DNA from: an uncultured Candidatus Peribacteria bacterium
GTDB lineage: Bacteria > Patescibacteriota > Gracilibacteria > BD1-5 > JAGOOR01
Length of the DNA stretch: 27,420 bases
Reading direction: 5' to 3'
Assembly: GCA_964421335.1 (NCBI GenBank)
Contig: CAYQWU010000002.1
Coordinates: 1-27,420 of the forward strand
Shown here: positions 9,590 through 19,500 of the stretch, one piece after another
Layout of the letters: each line of letters starts with the position of its first letter
Numbering within the stretch: the first letter of the stretch is position 1
Notes under the pieces: model-generated
Seen by the model: the letters and a program-made list of their open reading frames with translations, nothing else
The model's database searches: none
What the model was told of the DNA's origin: nothing
Position numbers and translations under genes: made by a program

Positions 9590-10257
9590 AGTAATTTTAT
9601 TTTTGATTCTAATCCATCCCACTCGTCTGAAGTGGTCTTTCTTTTAAAAGGGTTTTCTATTCACAATTGCTCGGTTGTGTACCCAGCCTTTCCATAATTA
9701 CAACTTGCACAAGAAGTCACTAGATTTTCTGGTAGTGTTTTTCATCATAAATTCCAGGGAATTACATGGTCTGCAACGGGCCATGTCAGATGAATAATTC
9801 CGTGTGTGTCTAGATTTGTAGATCAACGCTTGAAAGAGTCAGAATTTATTTTCTTTGAAAAAATTTTCAGGAATTTTTGGGATATAATTCTGCTACCACA
9901 GTAACGACATCTGTATCAATCTCTTAGAAATACTTCTTTTTCATATTTCTTTGGCGAACGAAGGGTATCTCTTTTATCTATATCTATTATTTTTGGTGAC
10001 TGGATTTTGAGGATATTATTTCTGTGCCAGCCAGACATTTGCCCGTGCTCTATATACCATGTTTGAATCTCATTATTCCTTAATTTCTCTATTTTCTCTG
10101 TAGCAGATATTTTATCTCACTGAATAAAGTCGTTAAGAGCATCTATAAATATATCTATTTGCTCGTTCATCCATCCTGGTTGTCGCAGTGGACAGTATAA
10201 ATCCCATTTTGAACTATCTTTATCTAATGCTGAACAGCAATCTTTTCCTCTGCACAT
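9586..10257 (-). CDS. HNH endonuclease (223 aa), missed by the ORF track
   Basis: With TGA=Gly: ...VFLRDGYRCRYCG...VADHVIPWNLGGKTLPENLVTSCASCNYGK...EWDGL...*. Two CxxC pairs plus DH...N...N; six in-frame TGA codons. Confidence 0.9.
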
Positions 10258-10260
10258 AAT

Positions 10261-10893
10261 TTATTTTAATATCCCCTCAATCTCACCCCACACGGCTTCC
10301 CGAGGTTGTTCGCCGTTTATTGTGTAGTATTCGACTCCGTCGGCTTTCCAGCTCTCGAGGAGGGGGACTATGTCCGTGCGGTACCATGCGAATCGTTTGT
10401 GGATTTTCTCTACATCAGTGTCATCGACTCGTATCACGAGCTTATTGCCTGTTCCAGGATTGGTATCTCCTTCGAAATCACTTCCAAATATCTCTTTTGT
10501 GACGGGATCCATCTTGCGACCTTGGAGTCTTCGTAATGCCTCTTCTTCCGTCAGCGTGAGGTGTATGACGCAGTAATCAGTCGTGATAGCATCGAAAAAC
10601 TCTCTTTGAGCGATATTTCGGACTGCTCCGTCGATGAGGATGCGGTCGTCGGGGTGACTTTCGACGAATTCTTTTATCAGGTCAAAAATGACAGAATCGG
10701 GTGTCATGATACCATGAGGGACAGTATCTGCGACTGCTTGGTAGTGACGATGTGCGGTATTTTCGAGGACAGAGCGGAGTATAGCGCCTGTTTCGAGGCT
10801 GATATAGCCGTAGTTTTTGTTGATGAGAGCTGCTTGTGTGCCCTTACCAGAGCCCTGGATGCCCATGAGCATGATGTGTTTTTTTGTGGTCAT
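10261..10893 (-). CDS. adk: Adenylate kinase
   Basis: P-loop GIQGSGKGTQA, ETGAILR, LIDGAVRN and a LID region ending IRVDD. Confidence 0.92.
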   Translation of the reverse strand: MTTKKHIMLMGIQGSGKGTQAALINKNYGYISLETGAILRSVLENTAHRHYQAVADTVPHGIMTPDSVIFDLIKEFVESHPDDRILIDGAVRNIAQREFFDAITTDYCVIHLTLTEEEALRRLQGRKMDPVTKEIFGSDFEGDTNPGTGNKLVIRVDDTDVEKIHKRFAWYRTDIVPLLESWKADGVEYYTINGEQPREAVWGEIEGILK

Positions 10894-10916
10894 ATGCAGG
10901 GAAGTATAGCTGGCAA

Positions 10917-10944
10917 ATAAAAAATCAAAAATAAAAAATCAAAA
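10917..10944. repeat. 14-bp tandem direct repeat (ATAAAAAATCAAAA x2) in the divergent adk/rplU intergenic region
   Basis: Exact copies at 10917-10930 and 10931-10944. Confidence 0.6.
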
Positions 10945-10989
10945 AACCTCATCCAAATCATGTTTTCTGTACTTTTAGAGTATAAAAAC

Positions 10990-11016
10990 TTGCCAGATTA
11001 AAAAAATATATACAAT
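10990..11016 (+). promoter_or_regulatory. rplU promoter TTGCCA-N15-TACAAT
   Basis: Hexamers at 10990-10995 and 11011-11016, 21 nt upstream of the ATG. Confidence 0.6.
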
Positions 11017-11037
11017 ACAGCCATCTAATCCAATATT

Positions 11038-11346
11038 ATGATTGCAGTTATCGAAAAAGGATGGAAACAATACATCGACAAACAAGGTGATATCATCACA
11101 GTAGATAGACTCGATGAAGCCCTCGAATCACACACATTTACACCACTTCTCGTCGCAGATGAGGCTACAGGTACCAAGGTTGGTGCTCCTTTTCTCGATG
11201 GTGCAAAGGTAGAATGCAAAGTGACAGAACACACACGAGGTGACAAGGTTCGCGTCTTTAAAATGAAATCAAAGAAACATTACCACCGTACAGCTGGTTT
11301 CCGCGCTGCACAGACAAAGCTCGAGGTGACATCGATCAGCGCGTAG
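11038..11346 (+). CDS. rplU: 50S ribosomal protein L21
   Basis: MIAVIE-x-G-x-KQY...VGAPFL-x-GAKV...RG-x-KV-x-VFK-x-K-x-KK-x-Y-x-R-x-x-G-x-R. Confidence 0.95.
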   Translation: MIAVIEKGWKQYIDKQGDIITVDRLDEALESHTFTPLLVADEATGTKVGAPFLDGAKVECKVTEHTRGDKVRVFKMKSKKHYHRTAGFRAAQTKLEVTSISA

Positions 11347-11366
11347 TTTGTCTTTAATGCTTTTGC

Positions 11367-12353
11367 TTGCTTCCAAAATTTATATCCAAGTATCTTCGCG
11401 ACCGTCGTGCTCTTCGTCGAGCACGGATGAAGAGGGTGAGGACTTCTAATTCTCTCCTGATTCTCTCGCTCGTCGTTTTATTGCCCATTTATCCTGTATT
11501 TGGTGCTTTTATCTACGATGGTTCCAATCGTGGAGCTCTCGGCATAGATATCAATGAGACTTCGATTATCAATGAATATACTGATGTGACCGATGATGAC
11601 TTCATCGATCCGCAGGTTGTTCCTGTCGAAAATCAGCGATCTACTGTTGCAGAATACATAGTTCAGGGTGGGGATACTCTCGGAGAAGTAGCCGAACAGT
11701 TCGATATATCAGCGAACACTCTCCGCTGGGCAAATAATCTCTCGACGGATACACTTCGTGTCTGACAAAAGCTCATCGTGCCACCAGGAGATGGTATCAT
11801 GTATACGACCAAAAGAGGAGATACTCTCGATGCTATTGCCATCAAATTCAAGACCACCAGTGAGAAAATCCGTACAGCGAACCTCCTCGGAGATATGCTC
11901 CCTACTGGTATCACACTCTTCCTCCCAGATGCTCAGCGCCCCTCAATTGCCATCGATAATGCGCCTGCGACGAACGGGGCACCGAGTGCTCCATTTAGCC
12001 TCAAGATGATTAACCCAAAGGGTGCAGGATTTGTGCCTGGTCATTGTACCTATTTCGTGGCTCAATACTGGCCCGTGAAATGGCGATGAAATGCGAGAAA
12101 TTGGTATAAAAATGCTAATGCCGCAGGATATAAAACTGGTCAAGTGGCGAGACCTGGATCGATAGTCGTCTGGTATGGACCGGGGTACAATCTCACTTAC
12201 GGACATGTCGGAATAGTCCTTAGCGTAAATACAAAAGCTGGTACAATGGTCGTTAAAGATATGAATTATGCTGGACTCTGGAAAGTGACAACCCGTGTCG
12301 AGAAGATAAAAAACAAAAATATCGTAGGATTTATCTATAACGAGAAAAAATAA
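11367..12353 (+). CDS. Membrane-anchored 2xLysM plus CHAP peptidoglycan amidase/endopeptidase (328 aa)
   Basis: Track ORFs 11367-11765, 11778-12089 and 12144-12353 form one frame joined by TGA. LysM motifs Y-x-VQGGDTLGEVA and YTTKRGDTLDAIA; CHAP motifs GHCTYFVA, WRG(TGA)NA-x-x-W and YGHVGIV. The TTG start is inferred (alternative ATG at 11427). Confidence 0.88.
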
Positions 12354-12356
12354 ATC

Positions 12357-13502
12357 ATGCAAAATAAGTTTTCTACACGCCTGCGCCGTCAAAAACAGTT
12401 TCGTCAGAAAACTCTCAGTAATCTCGCATTTTTACTCGTATTGCTCGTCCCTATCTATCCAGTGTTTGGTTCCTATATGCAGAGCTATACTGGTGTCGTC
12501 GTCCGCGGTGAATATGATCGCTCTACCATCCTCGCTTCCTATGATTGGGAAACAGGGGAGAGTACTTCGGACTTCATAGAGGATCTCGTTCAGACACCAC
12601 CAGAGACCACGCTTATAGAGCCTGAACCGACACCTATTGCTGAGCCTGAAATCGATAAAGTACCTGAACCAACAGTTGATCCGAAGCGATGACTCTATGT
12701 GACGCATACGGTCGTTCGCGGAGATACTATCAGTACTATTGCACAGAAATATGGTATACCTATTGCGACTCTCCGTACCATGAATAACCTCAATACAGAT
12801 ATCCTCTCCATCAATCAAAAAATCACCATACCTCGTATCAATGGTGTCCAATATGCGATACAGAAGGGGGATACGCTCAGCACTATTGCTCAGAAATATG
12901 GTATCGCTGATATCAATACTATCCTCGTCGCAAACGATATGAGTCGTAAGTCTACGCTGAGTGTCGGGAAAAAACTTCTCCTCCCAAATCCAACAAAAGA
13001 TCCAACGAAAAAACCTGTCACACAAGTCGCAAAAGCTCCAGCTCCAGCAGCAAAAAAAGCTCCAACGAATAATACTGAGAAAAAAGCTCCAGCTCCAGCT
13101 CCAGCTCCAAGACCGGCAGCTCGCGATCAGCAAGTGATCACTTATGGGGATTATTCTCTTTCACTGAAATTGAATAAATGATGTCGTAATTTTGTCTGGG
13201 GAAACTGTACTTGTTTCGTTGCAAAATATAAAAATGTCACATGGCGTGGTAATGCCAAAGACTGGCTCAGAAATGCGAAAAAACAATGAAAACCAACGGG
13301 AAGCGATCCGAGACCTGGTGCTATCATCGTCTACCATGGTCCAGGATTTCCGCCTGCGTATGGGCATGTGGGCATAGTTATGGCCGTCAATGAAGATCAC
13401 ATGATTATCAAGGATATGAACTATAAAGCACTCAATGAAGTGACCACTCGAAGAGAGACTTTCAACAATCCAGCTATCATAGGATATATTTATGTAGATT
13501 AG
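12357..13502 (+). CDS. Second membrane-anchored 2xLysM plus CHAP hydrolase with a Pro/Ala/Lys linker (381 aa)
   Basis: Single frame through TGA codons. LysM motifs HTVVRGDTISTIAQKYG and YAIQKGDTLSTIAQKYG; CHAP motifs GNCTCFVA, WRGNAKDW and YGHVGIV; TAG at 13500-13502. Confidence 0.9.
13086..13109 (+). repeat. Coding hexamer repeat (GCTCCA)x4 encoding an Ala-Pro linker
   Basis: gctccagctccagctccagctcca, with a shorter copy near 13035-13046. Confidence 0.8.
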
Positions 13503-13585
13503 AGCATTTTTGCAAGTGAGAAGAGGGGATAATCCTTTTATTCTAGAGATAAAATCAGTACAATAACGGGAAATATTACACCTTC

Positions 13586-16500
13586 GTGATTCCTTTCCAA
13601 AAGATCATTGCATGGTTTCTGATTGGCCTCCTTTCTTTTGAGGCTATTTTTCGTATTCCCTTCGTTGTTTCTGACGCTTCTGCACTCGAATCTCAGGACC
13701 ACGAGGATATTGTTTCCCTTCTCGTCGAAGAGGAGCTTTTCCGGAAAATGTCCTCTGACATCGATGCCTATGCTCGTCGTATACAAGCGAAGCTCCCACA
13801 CACGAGAACGACTATCCTCACATTTGCGAAAGATGCTCATCCATATCTCATCGCTTCTGCGAATGAGCGACTCTATTTCTCTGGACTTCCAGAACATGGT
13901 AAAAAAACTCAGAAACTTGTAGGAACTATTCTCATCTGACATGTACCCCTTCCTGTTGTTCATAAGAATTCCACAGATTTCCTCTCACTCTTTCCCTACA
14001 CAGATTTTGATGAACCTCATTTTTTCTGGAATTGGGAAACTTCTCGGTATGAGTACCTCGCCCAGAAGCAAGAAGATCCGCGACCTGATATCTGGCATTC
14101 AGTCATTGATCCAAATACGGGGAATGTCGATACTGATGTTCAGAAAATTCGTGATTTTTTTACTCGCGTGTACGAATACGATGACAAAAAATGACGCTAT
14201 CAAAATATCTGAGTAGACCCACAAGTCCTCTATATGGATAGTGTGAATGAGTCCCGTGCAGCGAGTAAATGACTCCTTTCTGTCTACGAACAGTTTTTCA
14301 TCCCCAATCAGGAGCACCTCGTCTATAACAGATTTTCTCGTGAATTTGCTCAGTACCTCTATACAGGATTCCTCTCACTCATGAAATCTGAATGAAATAT
14401 TCGGATACCTGCTTTTCGAGATTGGAAGCCAGAAGTAAATTCATGAGCATCATTTCTCAATCAAGCCAGCGACATCACTACCAAAGTTTTCAGTGACGGG
14501 CTTATCACACCTTTCATCAAAGTCATCAACGAAAAATATATCGAAGATGTCAGTCGGTGGGTACACAATACTGGTCGGTACTACAACGGCTCATCCGATG
14601 TGAGAGTTGATACTATCCCTGAACTCGTCACTACCAAAGATGCACTCTCTACTCAGGTGATCAAGGAGGGGAACGATGCTCTCGAGAAACTCATAGATGC
14701 TTATGTTGATACAACTTTGTCTCTCGATATCCCTATCCTCGTTAGTCGTCCTTTTCAGAAAACTATCACAGAAACAGAAGGGAGGAGAAGACAGACACGG
14801 ACTTATAATTTTGTTTATGATAATTATATTTATGGTGCCAAGGCAAATACTATTAAGACTGCCGCTGATTGTAGTCTCATTCGTGGTTCGACATTCGGAT
14901 GACTCAATACAACAGTTGAAACGAATCACTGATATAACATGCTCGCGGGTGAAAATGATGGGAAAATCATAGCTCGTGATACTGATGCTGGGATATTATG
15001 TCCTAATCCTACACTCTCATACTGGGGAGGGAATAGTTCTCTCAATTCGACATATCGTACTGGTGAGATGACGCTTGATTCTTCTCGGTCCGATGACTTT
15101 ACTCTTCCCGTTCTCGATCTCGCTGCCGGGAAGAAAACAACGGGAACCAATTCACCTCTCGACTGTCTCAAGACAGATCTCATACTACGACCGTATCAAC
15201 ACGAAGGCCTCCGGAAATATAATTGGCCTGTCGAAACAAATGGAAACAGATATTCATGTGCCACTCCGCTTCAGAGACCAACACCGAATCCTATCAATAT
15301 CGATCCGACTCCTGAGAGAAATGAAAATATTCTCGCAAATCTCGTGAGATGTTCTACGAATAATGGAGATATGACTCTCCTCGATCGTGATGGGAAAAAT
15401 CTCGGTCTCTGTCAGACCAACTGACTCACAGGAACCTATAAGAGAATACCATCTCTCATCAAACATAGCGATCCTACTACGAGTGTTTTTGGAAAACAAC
15501 TCCAGTGAAGCTCGACACCAAATCTCCCAATTGATGAAGAACGGTACCTCCTCTATCTCGATCGGACTGGTTCTCAGGCGCGCGTGAATTATCCTAATCT
15601 GTATGATATCGTCGTTGATCCTACTGATTCAGACGAGGTTATTATCTGAAAAATTCGTGCAGCACTTGCTCCTGCACAGTCTCGACTTACCGCACCGATT
15701 ATTCTCCCAGCTTCACACAAATGGTCTCAGCTCGTGCCATCAGGTGCTATGAATTCTGTCAATATCGCTGACATACTACTCGCAAATGCTGACATAAAAA
15801 ATGGTCTCATAGAGGCACTCCGCTGGAAACATCTCGATATCGAGACAAAATATATCTCTGTTTTTGAGAGAGCTCTCGCGCCAACTGTTGCCAACAAAAA
15901 TTTCATCTTGCCAGATAAAAAAGATCTCTATGAAATCAGTTATCTCTGAGGTCAGGGCGATGCGAGGAATTTCGTATTTTGATTTGCTCCAGAGAAAAAA
16001 AATGCTCTCCCAGAATGGTTCACAAATATTGAAGCCGTGCATGGTGATGGCTCAGATATTCCTTCTTTTTCAGATGATACGACCTCATCTCCGTACATGC
16101 TCTCTCCTCGAGAGATCAGCAGACTTCTCTGAGAACCGGGTTCTGAGGATCCTACTTCCGAGGAGGATACAACACAGCCAGAACAATCAGATTCTGGTTC
16201 TAAACCGAAACTCGATTGTCAGCTCCTCTCGACTGTTATTGTCTGGGAATGGCTTGCTCAGATTCTTTGCTGGCTTCAGTGAGTTACAGATATCAAATCA
16301 AAAACTTTCACGGCAGATACTTCTGACTTTCCTCCATTCCCTTTTTCTACTGGTGGAGGTCTCGGTTGATTTTCTGGATTATTACAACAGCTCAAGAGCT
16401 TCCTCCAGTCTGATACGAATAAAAACAATGTTCAGGATTATGTTGAGAAGAATAAAAATTCACTCGCCCTCAATACTGCTTCTGCTCGTACGATGAAGCC

Positions 16501-19500
16501 ACGAGAGACTCTCCGTATCGACACCACTCTCGATGAGAATAATTACCGTCTCGATGACGACTCCACGAACATCCGTCTCGAGATTATTCGTATAGATGAC
16601 CTCGATGAGAAGAAGAGTTATACTGCTCGTGATACTGATTGGGCCGAAATACAAAAACGATATTTTCGAGTTTCTGGGTCTGATTCATTGATTGATGGTC
16701 ACGCTTCATGGTCGTTCACATCAGAGAATAATAATCGTGCGCGCATTACTTTTGTTTCTCGTATTTATGCTGATGGTGGTGTCCTCATGAGTTCGGAGGA
16801 GAGTTCAGTGTTGATAGGCCCTATAGCTCTCGGTGTCACCGTTATTGGTACTTCCGGAACGAATACCTCACACACTATCACCGCTGGCGATACACGGGGT
16901 CTCGAGGCAATCCTCTCTGGACTTGATACCTATCCGAGCACGGTTGATATTTCTATTCAGGATTATGTGACAGGCGAACAAAAATGAACATATCGAGCTG
17001 TTCCAGTTTCAAACAATCAGATTCGTCTCGGTAGTCCTGCGATTGATTCTGTATTGAAAAAATCAGGGAGATATACCATCACTATTCTCGCAGGAGATTA
17101 TTCTGGTCAGACACATTTTATCGTCTCTCCAGATAAACCACAGACCATCAATATTTCTCTGTCGACCTTACTCATCCGGGACACTTCAGGACAGATAACT
17201 CTCTCACTCCAGGATACATGGTGAAATACTATCGACCTCAAAGACTGGAACATGGAGATAAAGACTTCCACAAAAGTAAAAATATCACCATTATCGAGTC
17301 AGCCGAATACAGTTTTTTCTGGTAAGGCTGTCAGCTCTCTCACTGTCACCCCTCTCGAGGCAGGGAATACAACTTTTGATGTGACCCTGACACAATGAAC
17401 TCAAAAAATAACTACCACTCTCTCTCGCCCCGTGCTCTCTGATGCCCGACTCGTGGTCGAGATTCCTCGGGGAAATCCTATAGAAGTAGGACAGGAGATT
17501 CCTGTTAATTTCACGATACAGCGTCTGGATGGAACTCCCGTTGATACCTGGGATATGCCTATAAAAATTGGTCTCCGTGGAGGTGACGCAACTCTCTCTC
17601 CAGAATCTCTCATTTTCAAAAACGGGAGAGCGACGGCGAGTATCAAAACTGGTACAAAACCAGCAACAGTTTCTCTCTATATGAAAGAGACGGGTCTCGG
17701 AAAAATAGTTGGTGAGAGCTTTGAAATCCTCTCAGGTACTCCTGCTCGTATCTCCCTCACGAGTCCAGAAACTCTCTTTGCTCGAACTGGTGCGAGAGGT
17801 GTTCTCACGACTCGTGTCTATGATACATATGGTAATCTGACAACACTTCATGGACATACCCTGGTCGCCACTGCAGACAAGACTCAGCTCATACAACCAC
17901 TCGTATCTCCGCGTGCAATAAGTACTGGGATATATGAGATGGATATCACGAGTCTCGGGAATCCTGGACGGATACTCTTCCGAGCTTGGCTCGAAAAAGA
18001 TGGCAAAAAATCTCCCATCACACTCCTGGAAAATGTCTCTGAAACAAATGCACTTCCTGTTATCACGAGTGAAGAAGCATCTCAAAATCGTTGGCAAAAT
18101 CTCACGCAAGTCTTGCTCGGAGCACCATTCTGACAGACGCCTGTTCAGTGATATTTTGGATGATCGACACTCTTCGCACCACAGACAAAAACTCTCGCAC
18201 TCACGACACTTCTCGACACTTCTGATAAGCCAATCGTCACGGTTATGCCAACTGGTAATATATCAACTGGCTCTATCCAGTATGGTACTGGTATCAAAGT
18301 ACAAGTCGAATCATATAAAAATAATGCGCTTACTCTCTGAATATCTGATGCACGCCTCTGAGTTATCGCTCGCATTCGATACCCAGCTATGTCTGATGTT
18401 TCCCTCACGCCTTGTGGCGATGCTTGTGCAGGAGACACTATGACTTTCACTCCAGCGGGGTCTGATATTTATTACAAAGAGGGAAGTGTGTACCGAAATA
18501 CTGAGAAACTTTTCTCACTCACAGAGATATTTACTTTGCCAAATCTTTCATTTGTTTTTGTTCAAAAAAATACTCAAAGCCTCCAATTCTCAGTGCTCCT
18601 CAACGGCGTAAATCTCGGCATCCTCTCGCTCACCTGGAAGCCACGAGTTCCACGAGAATGAGGAGTAGATAGCACTGATACGATTATTGTAGAACCACTT
18701 CTCTCTACCCTCCTCACCAAGCTCGCCTGGTCTCATACAAGCTCTCATGAAGCACCATGAATGGTTGTCTATTCTGCCTGAGCACCGACTACTTATCTCG
18801 GATGAGCTCATAATCAGTGATGGTCTACTTATCCAGAGCAGGGGGGTCTCGGTTGGACACAGAATAACACTACTCTTCTCCAATTCGCATCATGATCAGC
18901 ATGGTCAGAATCTATCGAAAATCATGCAGATTATCTCACCATCAATCTCGGAGATCCTATCATGAAACTCCCAAACTATGCTGTGAATTCTGTCACAGGA
19001 TTTGATAAAACTCTCGGCGAGCCGGTGTATATCTGAGGTACTGATGTGAGTGATTTTACTTTCCGCGATACAAATAGTGATACCAAGAAAGATCTCGTAG
19101 TGTACCATGATAATGGCACTATATGAATGGGGCTCTCACGGACTGATGGCTCGATGCTCGATGTAGGAGATCTGCTCTCAGTTCGAGGTGCACAGAAGGG
19201 CATGATACGATCCGGAGATTTCATCGGAGATGGGTATGCTGATGTCGTGTTTGTGGATGATGCGGGACAGCTCCATCATATAACTCACGATGCCAATGGT
19301 CCGACAGAAAAACCTCTGCAATATGACAAGACTCCCATTCTCTGAAAAATAGAACAGCTCGAAGTATTTGATATGGATCATGATGGTATTGATGATATCG
19401 TCGTCATGGATCATCTCGGAAGTTTGTTTATCTTCTATGGTCATAATTCTGGAATATTCCGAGTACAGCTCCTCGATAATGTGTACGATTTTGTTCTTTC

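Noticed and set aside
9611-9624. Second copy of the AAT(T/C)CATCCCACTC motif seen at 491-504 (possible REP-like element)
   Set aside because: The 9611 copy is the antisense of HNH codons E-W-D-G-L and lacks the second arm of the palindrome, so it is probably coincidental.
15864-16496. 210-aa track ORF and other off-frame or antisense ORFs (for example 12432-13133, 11943-12392, 17934-18443, 26062-26490)
   Set aside because: They are shadows of real genes, with no motifs and atypical composition. Long shadow ORFs are expected given the CTC/GAG/ATC codon bias.
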